Origin: the human T2T-CHM13v2.0 reference genome, Homo sapiens | NCBI RefSeq assembly: GCF_009914755.1 | Contig: NC_060927.1 | Direction: 5' to 3' (one strand) | DNA length: 64,000 bases | Program-made: the position numbers and the translations under genes | Shown here: positions 11,041 to 26,830 of the stretch, one piece after another | Layout of the letters: every line of letters begins with the position of its first letter | Position numbering within the stretch: position 1 is the stretch's first letter | The notes under the pieces: model-generated | What the model was told of the DNA's origin: nothing | Database searches by the model: none | What the model saw: only the letters and a program-made list of their open reading frames with translations

Positions 11041-14000
11041 GTAAAAATGTTCCAAAAACTCAGGGACATTAAGGATAGACTTCCTTATATTGCTTTATCT
11101 AAGTTACTCACCACCAACTATCACCATTAGATGATATACCCCCAGAGGGTAAATGCCCCGGCTTTTCTATCTCTTCATTAGCCCAGGCTTAGCACAGCAT
11201 CTGGCTCATTTCAGATGCTCAACAAACATTTGTTAAATAACTAAATCTAAGGCAGTAGATTAGGCAGGGGGAGGGGGAGGGGATGTTAGCAATCACAGCC
11301 CCAGGTTACAGTCAGTACCAGGGCTGGATGCTCACCTGGCTTTCTCAGCAGGGCACCACACACCCAGCTCTGTACTGCACGTGGCCTTGTATCCGGAGGA
11401 AAATGCCAGGAGGTTAGGGAAGTGCTCATATTGTGATTGTGGATATCGCCTATTAGTATTTTAATTATGAAAATTTTTAGCAAAGGTCAGTAACAAAATT
11501 AGTGCATTACAAGTTTCCAACAGATGGAGGGTGAATATCTTGAGGAAGTGTTGCCTTATTCAAATTCCCTCAAAGGAGCTACAAGAGCTAGGAGCAGGTG
11601 TCTTGCCTCAGGTATGGCTGGTGGAGGGTGCAATGATAACAACATCATTGGGAGCATGTGTGGAGTGTTTCTGGCCTTTAACTTTTATTGTGTGGTCAAA
11701 GAGGAGATGCCAAGAAGATGTGAGTGGACTTTAAATGTTGTATGAATAAGCCAGGTGCATGTGGCCCAATCCCAACCCACAAACAGTGCTCCAAGGGTTT
11801 CTCCTGATGCTTGCCATAAAAAGAACCCCCTCCTAAGCCCAGTCCCCACTGCTCTATTTCCTCTGAGTTTGAACCAGTATTCTATGGGCTTATTTACCCC
11901 TGAGGTTCATGTATGAGAGGTAGTATCTTCCTTATCTATTGAACAACCACTTTATCTTGCTTAGAAAGACAAAGTTTAGTAACCCAGGAAGGAAAAAAAC
12001 ATTCTTGCTGTCAGCTGCAAGTGAATAGTAGACAGTTTTCTTTTGCTTTATCACTGCATTTGCTGTTCATAGACATCTTTGATGTATGTTTTTTCTTCAT
12101 CTCTCAAGGCAATACAGTTACTAAAGGAACTTGAAGAGATCCTCATACATAATTGTCAACACGGGAAGACGCCTTTGCTATAATGTAAGGTGGAAAAACA
12201 AAACCCGAATAGACTGTCTGCCTGTAATTGCTCCTAAAATATGCATCAAGAAACTGGAAAGAAATACACAACACGTTAAAATGTATTGATCGTGAAATTA
12301 TAAGGTTTTGTTTCCTTTCTGCCTCCTAAATCTGTTTCCTATAATGAACCTCTGTTCATTTCATAACCAGAAATGTAAAAGTATTTATCTAAATTGAGAA
12401 TTGTGCCCTTGTTGTCGGAGGTCTTCTTACATCAAATCTGGATCAGCTGCAGCGAGAAGCTCTGTGTCTCCCCTTCTTTTGACCTATATATAGGTTCCTA
12501 TCTTGTGTAGTTTGGCTTTTCTATTTTTTTTTTTTTTTTTGTATAAATCTGTGACTTTTAAGCCAGGCAAAGCTTCTGGCCCACTGTGCTCACATACCTG
12601 CGGGAAACCTCAGCAATGTGTCCAAAAAGTACTTTCTAAACTAGGAAAGAACACAGTAGCTCAGAGCAGCTTCACACATGTGCACACTTATTTCCGTGAC
12701 CTACCAGAAACAACTCTGAATGTGGCAAAAGGGGTAAAATCTCCCTGAATAGTAGCCAACACTTAGCAGCTCTATCAAAGCGTCCTCTGAGTCAGAAGTC
12801 TACAAATGGTAATTTTAAAAAGAGTATTTAAAGCCATGGTGATGGGGGAGTTCAGGATGACTGGAAAGGTGGTTTTTTTTCTTAGTGGTGGGTTTATAGA
12901 GGGGCTTTCCTCCTCCCTCCCAATGAGCACTCTTCTGTAGTCTATACATTTTCTTGTCTAGGCATGAATCAGACATATGTCATCAGAAAGAATTAAATCA
13001 GGAGATAACTGGAATAAAGAGAGCAGTGCAGGTGGGCTGTTTCACAGGATTTAAATAATCTTAAATGTATAAGTATATCCTAATATACTTAAAGCAAAAA
13101 TATCTGAAAAGATATAAAGTACTACACTAAACAGCATATATATTTCTCTTTGAAAAGTCTTGGAATTGTGTGGTGCCATGGGCTCAGCTTATCCTGAAAA
13201 GCAAATTACAAAGCAAAAGGAAAACTGTAGTTTGAGGGACAGTCACGACAGTGTTGTTTCTAAGACGAAAAGAAAAATCACATGTAAATACCTAACATTA
13301 AAGGATCCATTAAGTAAAAATAAATAATGGTACATCCTTCCAATGGCATTCTGCCCAGATGTTAAAAATGATGTAGGATATGAGAAAATTTTTTAAAACC
13401 AGACTACAAAATAACAATATGAATTTACATTTGCAAAAGATTTGGGGTACCTCTTATACTTTCAAAGATACACACATATTTGGAAAAAAGAAGTCCAGCG
13501 ACTATAACAAAAAATGTTACTGGTTAGGATTGTTTTAGGGATTGAATTTCAAGTGATTTAATAGTTTCTCTTTTGCTTATCTAATTTTTTAAAACAGAAT
13601 GTGTTTTCCTTTTATAATAATTAAAAGTGAAAATATAAAATAATTACTTGACTTTTAGAAGCTCTTGAAGACTAAGAGTTATCTATAGATGATAAAATAT
13701 AGGGGGCTTTTGTTACTTTTTCTTATCTATATATTCTTAATTTCTACAGGAAGCAAGTATTGTTTTGAATTAAGAAACACTTTGAAACTGGAAATATAAA
13801 TGGGTTTCAAATATTCATAATTATCATGTACAACAAATACTAGTTTTCTTTAGAAAGAAAAAATTTCAAATTTTATTTCCTCACAATTTTCTAGAGTTGT
13901 TTTCCCCATGAACATATGTGTCTTTTGTAATAATAAAAAAAAGTATATTTTTGGTGCAGCTCTTCTATCACTCCCTTTAACAACCAGGGATTTGAGGACT

Positions 14001-14777
14001 TTTGAGTACTGTGCTCCCTGTTTTCCCAATACTCCTAAACAAGCACAAATATGCAAAGTTGACTTTTTGATAATCCCTTTCACTTGTGTCCCAGGCCACT
14101 GTTTGCAGAATACATTCAAAAGTATTATATTGGGACTCCAAGACTCACAGTGAGGTCAGAAAAGGAAACAAACACTCGCTGAAGCTGTGTGACTTCCCCG
14201 ACACGTATGCTGGTAAGAGAAGGGGGTTTCAGGAGGAACGAAAACTAGGTTTGTTGTCCCAAGTTTTCATGATCCCTTCCCGTCTTTGGGGATAGCTTTC
14301 TGTTAAGATGTTCTCCCTCTCTCACACAGACACACATGCAAACACACACAAGACTGCCCTGCTGTGCACCTTCTGGGTGCACCCAGTGCCCCTTCACACA
14401 AAAATGCATTTGAAGGACCAGCATGGGTCTGAGGTAACAGCATATTTTGGGGGAGGTGGGTGGACTTTCTCTTGCTGTTTTCCCCTTGACTGCATTTGTT
14501 TCCCCATAATCCCCAACCACTCTCTCCAGCTCACCTGGCAAAGCTGCTCCTTTCCCTGAGCTCTCCTCCAGCCTTTGTATCATTTTTCTGCATTGACTGA
14601 GTTTGTCATAGCTTCCATTAATTGAATAGAAACCATGAAAAGGGGAGGAGAGGCAGTTTCCAAACACACTATTTCCCCTATTTCACTAGTCTATACTTGA
14701 GCGTCATCAAGAAACCAAGGTTATTGGTTTGCCACACAGAGCTCATTTTTCTCCTCAATTCTAACTCAAAAATAAAT

Positions 14778-14792
14778 TCTCTCTCTCTCTCT

Positions 14793-14859
<67 letters not shown>
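14778..14859. repeat. Compound microsatellite (CT)n(CA)n(GA)n
   Basis: Read directly from the sequence. Confidence 0.98.
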
Positions 14860-14860
<1 letters not shown>

Positions 14861-17800
14861 CATTTAATGGCCTCTGTCTCACTGAGATTCAGAATTACTG
14901 AGTGGTTCCCAAACTTTCTGTGCTATACTGTCCAATAGTAGAATTTTGGAGAGTTCAGTTGAAGGGATTAAAAGACTCAAAACAAGACCAAACAGGTCAG
15001 TAATAAGGACAAAGCAATTGCAACTATAACGTAGGACTGGTTGTCCTTTTCACTTGGCCTTTATCGCTAAGCCTCTTTAGAACAACGTCTCTCAAATTTG
15101 GCAGCATGGCAGGAATGACTTGGGAACTTTAACAAAACTCTAATGCCCAGGCCACACCCCAGGCCAATTAAATCAGAATTTCAGGGGTACAGCCCAGCCA
15201 TCAGCATTTTAAGAACTCCCCATGTGATTCCAGGCTGCAGTTGTGTGGCAGAACTGTGGACTGCATGACCTTTTAGGCAAAGGCTTTTCACAGCCAGGTT
15301 CTTTGGCTGAGATGTGAATCTGCTATGCTTTCTTCTTCTTACCAGAAGCTGTGCCCAGCTTGACACCCACTGGAATGACCTCATCAACAGTAACAGTTTA
15401 TAACATGTATCAAAAGAGGGTGGGCCTGGGGTTCCGAAGGGCTTTGTGTTTGCTATGCCTGGGTGCAGGCAGCCGAGTGTGGAGCACTTAGGACAGGGCT
15501 AAACCCAGCTGTCTTGTAAAGGAATAAAAGAATGGGCAAGGGCTAAGGAGGGTGACAGAGGAGAATCACCTTATTGGCTGTGCAGACAGGGATTCGGGGG
15601 AGAGATGTGTCCAATGGGGATTGCTCAAACAAAACGTTGTTCAGTGCCTGAGCTGGCCCCACCGCAGGATGTAAGGAATCTTCTGTAAAACCATATTATT
15701 TTCAGATGCTTGACGTGCCTAGATCTTAGGGAACCCTGGAAGAGAGCTGAGCTTTGTGTTGAGGCTGGCAAAGGGCCATGTCTGAGCTGGCTTCTGGTAA
15801 CAAGAAGGAAGTCTACACCTGGGCTTCAAGAGTGTAAAGTCAATTACAACAAATTAATTATGCTCATTGGTCAGAATGTGTTGGAGCACTTGTGCTGGGC
15901 TCGTGGCACCCTGTAGAGATCCACTGGACTGAGGCCTGGTTAATGCTACAGAAAAGGCTGGCTTCTGTACTCAAATGAACATCATTCGACAGCTTCTGAT
16001 CACAGAGGACAACCAAACTGACAATGTTAATGAAATTATTAAAAAGTCTCCAGTTCCAAAAAATGGCATGGATTTCACTTCTCACATTTACCCTAGCTTC
16101 CCAACAGACAAACAGGTTGCTTTAGAGTCCCAGAGCTAAGTGATTATTTCGGTTGAGACAGAGTTTTCATATTTTGGGAACAATTTGATCAAATGGTCTG
16201 ATTTGTCAAGGTTTCAACCAATTGGCCTGTCTTACCTGCAATTTCCATGAAGCATTTCTTTTTCTTTCCTATCAGCCCCCTGAAAACCAAACCTGACATA
16301 ATATCTTGATAAGGCCCCTTCCTGATTCTTTCCATCTGGGAAAGTTGTCTCATTTGTCTAGCCCAGCAGTTCTTAACCCTGGCTACACACTAGAATAATC
16401 TGGGGAGTTATTTTCTTTAACATGTCATGTCTGGTCCCATCCTAATCAATTAAATCAGTATTCCTGGGACCAGACAATGGCTAGTTTTTTTAAAGCTCTC
16501 CAGGTGAATTTAAAGTCTAGTCAGGATTGAAAGCCTTGAATCTATCTCTTTTCCCATGATTTCTTTACTCATCCTCCTAGGTTTTCCTTCTCTGTGCTCA
16601 TGCTACATTATCCTCATCCTACTTTTGTACCTGCCATCTCACTATGCAAAGTAGACAGTATATCTCTTTTGCACAGATAACAGGAGAAGGAGACAGATCA
16701 GGACAAGACCTTTAATTCTTTGCTTCTCAAAGGTGATGTCAGAGACCAGCAGCCATGAAATTATCTGCAAGCTCATTCAAATTGCATAATCCTAGTAACT
16801 CAGAATCTGCATTTAAACAAAACCCCTAAGCAATATGAATGCACACTGGAGTTTAAGAAGCACTGTTCCAATTAACCCATAACACATCCCCCTTAAAGGA
16901 CCATCCTACAGCCCCTCTGTGATTTGCCAGAGTGGAACTATGTGGTTCAAACCCTCAGTCTCCCCAGGTACTGGCTCTGTATGAAGCCCTATTTTAAATG
17001 CTTCTACAGACAACCATTCATTTTAACCTTGCTACAGCTCTGTGGGACTGGCTTACTATTATTCTTAACTGGAATAAAACAAGGTTCAGAGAAGTGAAGT
17101 GACTTGTCCAAGCTAGTGACGGATTCAGGATTTTAATACAGGTTCCATTTGATTCCAAAGTTGGTTCTCTTTACAATAAAACAGATGTCACCGTGCTTCA
17201 TCCAGAAACAGGTGAGCACAGAGTAGGTGAGACAGCTGGTGCAATCCTAGCTCTTCTTGCTTTGGACTGAAACTTGCAAGACCCTTTCTCTGCTGCTGCC
17301 TGAAACTTGCAAGACCCTTACTCTGCTGCTAGCAATGAAAGAGAGACCAGTTGTCCTGCTCCAGCAGCAAGTCAATATCTCACCTTGAAAATGACTAAAA
17401 AAAAAAAAAAAAAGTGGTGTTCTCATCACCACTGAGAACTCCCCCAAGAGAACACAGTCTGTTTGGCCTCTTGGTAGGACCCTTCTGGATATGTAGTTCA
17501 TTTCCTCTTCAGCAGAAAATTTGGTCTCTTGAGTATTAAAACGTATGCTTTTCTTTTGTGTTCTCTTTTTGCAAGCCAAAAATCATCCAACCAGACAACC
17601 CTTTCTCTGTCATGTATGGGACATGTACAATTTTTAAATAGTTGTTAAAAAAAAAATTGGAACTTCAGTTTAAATGGACTAAAACTTCCTACGTAGCGTG
17701 CAACTGGGGTCAGTATGGCCAAGATGTTAAGTGCCCGTGAAGTCACCTCTTTTGTCTTTTAAAAGGATAATCAATGCCATAGACTAGGTTGAAAACTAGA

Positions 17801-18802
17801 TCCAAGCAGAGGCCCCTCACATTCCTTGGGCATGTAAAATGGACAAGTAGTAGACTGAATTGTCATTTCTTCATAAAAGTGGTTGCCAGGATTTGGGTCT
17901 GTATGAGTCAGAGCAGCCTAGCTACTCCAACGAACAGCAAGTCTCACAGGCCTATCAAAAGAGCTGTTTCCTGCTTTTGCTCACATCATAATCTGATGCA
18001 AGTGAGGCAGGGGAGGGGGCGAGAGGAGGGGAAGAGTGAGTGGGAAGGTAGTGCTCTGCTCCGCCCAGACATTCAGGCTGATAATTCTTCTGAGGGCTGC
18101 ATCTGCCATCTTCCAGAACTGCAATGTCCAATATGGCAGTGATGTCATATGTGACCATTTATATTTAAATGAATCAAAAGTAAAAATTCACTTTCTCTGT
18201 TGCATTAGCCATATTTCCAGTTCTCAAAAGCCACATGTGACTAGATTCTACTATACTAGATGCACAGAATAGAAGATTTCCATAATTCCAGAAAATTCTA
18301 TTTGACCACTTCCTCTAAATTTCAGAGTGCTCCACCGGATTGTCTGAATCCGACCTGCAGACAAGAAAAGAGAAGGTAAAGAGTCAGTGAGGACTGGTGG
18401 ACGTATTTTCCCCAGATTTCATTGGCACAAGCTTGAGACATGGCCTCCTTTACTGCAAGAGAACCGGAAAGCATCATCTAGCTTTGCGCCTAAGAAGAGG
18501 AGAAGCACGGACATGCATGAGCCCTTGGGCATCCCTGTCCCAGTGGCCTTATCAGAATTGCAATACTATCTCACACTGCATTCCTTGTATTCCTAGGAGA
18601 ACTGGCCAGGCTTCTAAAGAACATAACCTTACTTTGGATTAGGCCTCAGAGATGTTAACTCTTGCTGTCGGTAAGGGTTGACTCAGATGCAGAAACTCAG
18701 ACAATAGTTAACCACTTCACTTGAAAGAGAAAGCCTCATATGACATTCATCTCATCAATGGCAAAGTGTATGAAAAAGTGATTCTGTTTTTATATTCTAA
18801 AT

Positions 18803-19012
18803 CAGGAGTTGGCAAATTTTTCTGTACAGGTTCGGATAGGAGCTATTTAAGGCTTTGTGGATCATACAGTCTTTATCACAACAACTCAACTCCACAATTG
18901 TAGTACAAAAGTGCCATAGATGAAGGAGAGTGACAGTGTTTCAATAAAGCTTTGTTTACAAAAGCAGGCAGTAGGTCCAGTTTGGTCTAGCATAGTTTGC
19001 TGGCTCCTGCTC
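18803..19012. mobile_element. MER58A-like MITE
   Basis: CAGGAGTTGGCAAATTTT...TAGTTTGCTGGCTCCTG termini. Confidence 0.75.
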
Positions 19013-21829
19013 TAAGTCTTCACCAGGTCCTCTTCACTTCCTAGCAGACTCACCTTTCTCTTCTTCCTGTCCCCTCCAAAAAAGAATGGTAAAAAGAAGA
19101 ATGGAAATGTTGGTATATGTAGAGAGCCAACATTTTGCAGTGCTAAGCACTTTACTCAAGTTAATTTAATTCTCACAACACCTTGAGTAAGATTTTTATG
19201 GTTGCCCATTTACAGATGAGGAAGCTGACACACAGAGAAATTAAGTCATCAGGTTTAGCTCATGAAGAGACTAAAATTCTAAGTGTGATGGCATAATTCA
19301 CTATAAGTCACTGGTGCATGAAGCAGTATTGTTTAATATCCCCCAACATGGTAATCAGGGAAGAACTTAGCCATAGACATTATCAGAGGGAGGGAACTAG
19401 AGTAGGGCATGGGGAAAAAAAATACATACCTGAGTTGGTAGTTGATGGGATTTGTTTGTGAACACCTATGACACATGTTAGGGGTGGGGAGATGGCAAGA
19501 AGAATGAGGAGCAAATGTGTAAACCATGTAGGGGTCTGTGGTCTTGCAATGGCAGATGGGGAAGTCATTATTGTGATGAACACAAGGCTTATTAATGTGC
19601 AACAGTGCCCAATTTTAACCCTTTCCTGTCATTTTCAATAAAGGGAATTTTGTCTTTGATATCTGCTTCTCCTTTCCCCAGTTTCTGGCTTAAAAAAATG
19701 CAAAATCAGGATGTTGGGCAAAAAGAAACAGGCCCAGGTAGAACGGAAGAAAGGAGGAAAGATTTTTGTTAGACATTTCATGGGCTCTCCTTTGTTGTGA
19801 AAAGTCTGGGTAATGGGCAAGGCAGAGAGAGGGATGAAGGCAGTCAGACAGGCAAAATCAACCTAAATACTGTATTGCTGAGAGAGAACAGAGGTCAAAG
19901 ACAGAGAGCTTGAAAAGGCAAGTGGGCTGCTCTTGGAGATGTTTGGGTTTGGGGTGGTGAATGAGAAGCTTTGGTATAATTGAGAAAATCAAGAAAGAAA
20001 GAGAAAAGGATTTTGAGAAATGCTACCATGGGTTATCAGTTGGGCCCCTTATAACATTCTCTGGGTATTGCAGGTAAAGTTTCCATTGTAATTATTTTCG
20101 CTTTGGAAGATGTGGCTCTACGCAGAGATTGGACTACATGGGGCCTTGCGATTTATTTGGGTTACACTAACAAAATGTCTCCATTTTTTGCTCCCTGAAT
20201 TGGAGGAATCTAGAGTATATGAAAAAAAAGAAAAGAATTACAATAGGCACAGCAGTCCGAGAATGGAAAAGCCTAGCTCTTGAGGAAGAGAATTTTCCAT
20301 CTCTGCAAGTGTTCAAGTAATCACCTATTGTGACATTGAGGAGGGAATGCAGGAGCTGTAGGGAAGTGGGTTCCTCAACCTGGCTGAGCATCAAAAGAAT
20401 CACAGCTTTCACAACCCACAGCCCCAGGCCCCTTCTATTTCTGTCATGTTGTGGAGCACTGACCTTTTACAAAAGCTCTCCAGGGGATTCAGAGCTTTGG
20501 GAACCAATGATGCCAAGAGCTGGGCAACGTGATCTCTACTGCTGCTTCCAAGCCTGACAGCATTATCCTCCACGAGCCTCTCCTTTGTAAAAGCATAACA
20601 TCATAGGAGTATTTAGCCAAAGCACATTCTGTTAAAAGGGAAGTGTGCTTAAAGGATCTCTCAAATAAGTAAAGAGAAATAGAAGGAACAAAGTCACTGT
20701 GAAGTTACATCCTGCTTCTTTTTGGGTCTCCTTGGATGATATTTTAGACACATTAAACTAGTCCACTGATTTATTTATTTTAAGGGCTTTTTTTTTTCCA
20801 GGGCTTTGGGGCTCCACACTTTCTCTGCATTCACTCCTAAAACTCCTTTAATGAGAAAATAGTGCCAGGTGGAAAAACAAAAATAGAGAAGAGGTTCTCA
20901 GACCAGTCACAAAAATTATTCTAGAATCCAGGTAATTGTGGTTGAGAGCTGTATCTGGAAAACGGTGAGTGAATTACACTTTTGTAAATGCAGCCATATG
21001 TGGAAAGCTGTGAGGCAGCTCCTTATGAAAAAGGCTAAGTTAGAGGAAACTTTCTATAAACCGAGTGGATATCAAGATTTTTATCTTTAAGGTTTTCCCC
21101 TGAATTGCAAAAGTAATATGTCTATTTTAGAAAATATGGGACACACACTTAGAAAAACAGAAAAAAAAACTTAAAGTACACATAATTCCATCACTGCAAG
21201 AAAACAATTTTAAATATTTTGGGGTATAGCCTTCCAGATGAACACATATATACACACATATATACATATAAATATGTACATGTAATAAATCTTTTTCAAA
21301 AAATTGGGATCCAACTATACCTATTTCTTTGCAACCTGCTTTTTCCCCCCACTTCATCTGTCATGATTATTTTCTCACACCACAAATACTTTTCCACAGC
21401 AGTTTCCAAAGGCTGCATAAAATTCTATCCTATTAAACCCCATTGTTGGACATTGAGGTTGTTTCTAATTTTTGACATGATAAATAATGCTTCTCATCTG
21501 CATCAGTATTATTTTAGATGAAGACACACGCGGATATACCCAGCGATGCCAAATAAAACAGTGCCATTGCTAAATGTGATCTCATGTTTTATGCATTCTA
21601 AAATATTGAAGCTGTGGTTTGGGAACTGGTTAACTGTGGCTCCAGTGTGCGAATATACCACTTCTTCTGGGGCTGAGCTGCGGCCAGCCAGGTCACCTAG
21701 GGGGGTGGGGGTCAGGAGATAAGCACCTCCCCTCAGGTGCTCCAATTCCTTGGGCTCAGAAAATCTCTCTCTGTCCTTCCAATAATAATATTCAAGGGAA
21801 AGAAATGAGGGAAAAAATTTGATGGCTTC

Positions 21830-22245
21830 TGTTTCAGGTTGAATTATGCCACCCCCACCCCTCCCCCCGCAAATTCATATGCTCAAGTCCTAATCCCTGA
21901 TATCTCAGAACGTGACTGTATCTGGAAATAGAATCTTTAAAGGGGTAAGTAAGATAAACATAGGTCATTCAGGTGGCTCCTTACCTAATATAGCTGGTGT
22001 TCTTATAAGAAAAGATCAGGACACAGACACACAAATACACACACACACACACACACACACACAGGGAAGACCATATGAAGACACAGGGAGAAGACAGTCA
22101 ACTGCAAGCCAGGGGGAGAGGCCTCAGAAGAAACCAGCCTTGATCTTGGACTTCCAGCCTGCAGAATTAGGAGAAAATAAATGTCTGTTTTTTAAACCAC
22201 CCAGTCTGTGGTACTTGGTTATGACAGCCCTAGCAAACTAAGACA
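21830..22245 (+). mobile_element. MLT1B-like MaLR solo LTR with internal (CA)n
   Basis: TG...CA termini with a 5-bp TSD GCTTC (21825-21829, 22246-22250); CAGCCCTAGCAAACTAA end. Confidence 0.88.
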
Positions 22246-22528
22246 GCTTCCTAACACATCTTCAGAGAAATGTTTCAGGTAAGTCAGAGTCCTAAGAGCA
22301 GGCAGCTGGAGAGTTAGAGTCAGAGAGAAGGGACTTGAAATGGAGGGTCTAGGACTCAGGAGTCACCTGATCTTCAGCATGCCCCTGCATGCTGAAATTT
22401 TTGGCTACGTATTACATATTGGCTACATAGTCAATACAGCTAATATGTGGCCAAAAATTTTAGCATCCCTGCCTCAGCATCCTCATCTTTATAGTAGAGA
22501 CCAAACTCTTGTGATAAATAACACCCAC

Positions 22529-22881
22529 TGTATTAGCCCATTTTCAAGCTGCTGATAAAGAGATACCTGAGACTGGGAAGAAAAAGAGGTTTAATGGACT
22601 CACAGTTCCACATATCTGCGGAGGCCTCACAATCACGGCAGAAAGGCCAAAGGCACTTTGTACATGATGTTGGCAAGAGACAATGAGAGCCAAGCCACAG
22701 CAGAAGCCCCTTATAAAAACATCAGATCTCATGAGACTTATTCACTATCATGAGAATAATACGTGAGAAACTGCCCCCATGATTCGATTATCTCCCACCA
22801 AGTCCCTCCCATAACATGTGGGGATTATGGGAGCTACAATTCAAGATGAGATTTGGGTGGGGACACAGTGAAACCATATCA
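22529..22881 (-). mobile_element. THE1 (THE1C-like) solo LTR
   Basis: TGTATTAG...AAACCATATCA with a 5-bp TSD CCCAC on both sides. Confidence 0.92.
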
Positions 22882-24689
22882 CCCACCTTTTGGAGGATTC
22901 TGAGGATGCCAGACGTGAAAAGTGCCTGGCACAGTGCTTGGTATGTAGGAGGCATGGGATGAACTGTGTTAGCCAGTGGCCTGCACAAGCTTATCTTCAC
23001 CCTGTCAAATAAAGTGAGTCTTAATTAACCATATAATATGTAAAAAGATAATTACACATTTGGAACTTTTGCTTTAAGGCAGATTCACTTTGTTTAGCCC
23101 ACACAGTGCTTCTTAAAAACACTTCAAATTAGTTGCCAATATTTTAACAACAGGAGATTCTACACAAATTCTGGATTTCTGGCTATTTGAAAAATCAACA
23201 GATCTGGAAGCCCTAGGCCACCATTCTCTGGCTCACTGTGGTTCCTGGGCAAGGGATGTAGCTGTGTCACCTGCTGGCCCATGTAGCATTGAATCTGTAA
23301 CCTAGACCCTAATGTATAAACTGATTTTTATAAATAAAAATACATACATGCATACACACGGAGAATAAATGTATGTGTGTGTATGTGTGTGTGTGTATGT
23401 ATTCCTTAAGTCCCATGTCTCTTTGCTTCATTATTTCAACATCTTTTCTTTTTAAAAAAATTCACTTTGATTCCAGATTCATGACTTTGGTGTCTGATTC
23501 AACAAAACTGGTCTAAAAGCCCTATTGCACCATACACCCTAGAAATGTGGATGAAACTACAATTCCCCTAGTTTAACCTCTCATTTTACTCATGAGGCAA
23601 TACGGCTAATACGTGGCTAAAAATTTTAGCCTTGAAAGGGGCCTCAGAAATTAGCTAGTCTTTGTAAAACCCTCGTTGTTGCTAGAAACCTCAGAGATTT
23701 AGGAAACCTTTTTGTTATTTGATTTGATTTTTACAAAAACAAAAAACAAACAAACAAACAAAAAAACCCAGGACCAAAAACAAAAAACAAAGGAATTCAA
23801 ACATTTAATTAGTCATGTTAATTTGTTTTCCTTTCCCTCCAAGCAATCTCCAGGCATTACTAAAATGCTCCCAGGTATTTCCTAAAACAGGTTTACCTCC
23901 ACCCAGCCCTGTGAACCTCAGCGTTGTCTTGTATCAGTTGCTAGGTAACTGAGGAAGATTTATGCACATCTATTGTTAATTTTAAAGACAATTTTCAGCT
24001 CTGCCATAAACATCAGTAGAAGCAGACACCACACTTGCACTGAGACATTCCTCTAGCCTTCCCTGAGATGGGGCATTCCAGGGCATGTCTACAAAATCCA
24101 AAATATTCTGGTTTTTTTTTTTAAAAAAAAAAAAAGGAAAATGCTGGTAAATTCCCAGCTGTCTGCAAAAACAGTTCAGCAAATTTGAGACATTTGGGCC
24201 CATCTCCAGTACCCTCTTGTGCCAAATCTATTATAAGTTTTATTCAAAGAGTATCATCTGCCCTCCCAGTTTGCCTGCATTTAATTGTGCATTTCAAGTT
24301 TGCCCAAAATTTAATATTGTGCTTCTCTCCCCCATTCTTTCCAGCAGCACCAAAATTTAGTCTTCTGTATCCCAGAAGCATCTGCAAAATTATTTCTCAA
24401 CCCAGTGGTTTCATTACTTTTTAAAGGGTTCTTGTTAAGCCCAACAACCATTTATACTGGTTTTGACCAAATGTATGGATTTTGTTGCCACTGTTTGGGT
24501 AAGTGATGGGAGGGACCCAGTTTATATGATGGGCACCCAAACCAATGTTTTATAGAGTGATCATAATTATAACGACCCTTGGCTTGTGGGAAGCAGTTCA
24601 TGTCTTACTACAAGCTTCCCGGGGCATTCCATCATCAGATTCTCACCACAACCCCGTAAGAAGCATGTTTCGTGGCATCGTCATTCTAG

Positions 24690-25320
24690 CTTAGATGACT
24701 TCCTGACTTCAACACTGCTAGCTGGTGGTCTGGCCTTGCCTCCTCCTAACTCATCCTCTATACAGTCTCCAGAGAGGTCGTTCCAAATGGAAACCCAAAC
24801 ATGCCAGTCTCCTACTTAAAATCAGCCTGATGTTTCATGGTTCACATTTGCAACATGGAAGAGAAGGGCCTCTGTGATCTAGCCCCTGTCTAACTCTTCA
24901 GCCTTATCTCCCGTCACTCTTCCCTCACATTTTTTATCCCGGCTGTGCTGCCTTTTATATAGTTCCCTGCACACCATGCTGTCTTCTTGTCCCTGGGTCT
25001 TTGTTCATATGGCTTCCTCTGCCAGAGATACCCCACCATGTAATTATTACACTAATGCCCAATACCAAAGCATTCTCTGACCCCATCTCTGTCTCACACC
25101 TGAAGAGTTAGATGCACTCTCCTGTGCTTCCAGAATACTCAACGCATATCTCATCAGTGCATCTATGGAATTACTTTATAATTATCTGTTCATCTGTCTG
25201 TCTTCTTCTAAACCTAAAACTAAGTGTTTGAGTATTTTCCCAGGGAGTGCTTATACCATCTTCTTCCTCTGAGTATCTCCCAAGCCTAGCACAGTGCCCA
25301 GCACATCATGAGCATTAGTT
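24690..25320 (+). mobile_element. L2 fragment
   Basis: Degenerate L2 3' region ending ...CCTAGCACAGTGCCCAGCACA; boundaries approximate. Confidence 0.6.
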
Positions 25321-25508
25321 GGTGGCAGGAAGGGAGTAAAAGGGAAAGGGAGGGAGATCATAAGAGGGAGGCCAATAGCACCATTGGCCTGATTCCACAG
25401 ATAAAGCAGCCCAGCCTCCAAGAAATTCAATGACCCAGGCAACACAATTAGCAAGTGGAATAGCCAGCATTTGAATGGGAGAAAGATCCTTAGAAATAAG
25501 TGAACACA

Positions 25509-25906
<398 letters not shown>

Positions 25907-26788
25907 TCATGGATGGTCAGCTAGGCTATGAAACAGTTCATTCTCTGGAGGTGCCAAAGCCAGTTTCCCAGTGATTCGCATCAGCCCGGTTTCACTTTTG
26001 TCTTCTGCTGTTAGACATTTCCTCTTGTCAGAGCAGAAACCTCAGACTTCATATTCTGTGGATAAATCACCCTCGAATTGCTCCCCCCTTCCTCAATCAC
26101 CGCCAAAAAATGCAAAAATAACCAGATTCTTAGCCTAAACACAAGCACTTTCCATGTACTATCTAATCCAAACATCCCAAAAACACAAGTTTAAAAACAT
26201 GCTGGAGATCACACAGCTAAAAAGTCACAAATCAAGCCTAGACCCCAAGGGGTCTAACTCCAAGTTCATGGACTTAACCACCTCACAATATTCTTGCCTG
26301 TCTGAGCCCTTTAGCTATTCAGCAGTGAAAAGCTAAGCAGATTAAAAGCACATAATTCTCTCTCTCTTTCCCTCTCTCTCTCTCTTCCTCCCCTCCCCCC
26401 CTTCCTCCCTCTAATACTGGGTTTATGAAGACCTAGCAGACCTCTCTCCTCTGAGGATTATTTTTCAAAATGAGTTTCTTTCTCATCCCCCCTCTCATCC
26501 CAAGCCCCATCAGAGGAAGAAAGATCGCTGGGCTGCTGGCTGTGCACATACTGTGTTATTCATGGGGTACGCACCAGGATGGGCCAGCTCATTAGGTTCA
26601 AAGCCTCAAATTAATTTTACATTACTGTCCCCAGAGGTGAAAGGTCATTTTTTATCTTCTTAGCCTTATCCACCACCCGGGATGAAATTGGATCTTTAGG
26701 AAGGAGGGGACCCTGCTCCCTATTGTACCAGCTGTTGATGCTTCTCTTCTTTGTTGTGAGTGAAATCGCACACACAGAGCTGAGATTT

Positions 26789-26791
<3 letters not shown>

Positions 26792-26826
<35 letters not shown>
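26792..26826. repeat. (CA)n microsatellite
   Basis: Read directly from the sequence. Confidence 0.95.
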
Positions 26827-26830
<4 letters not shown>

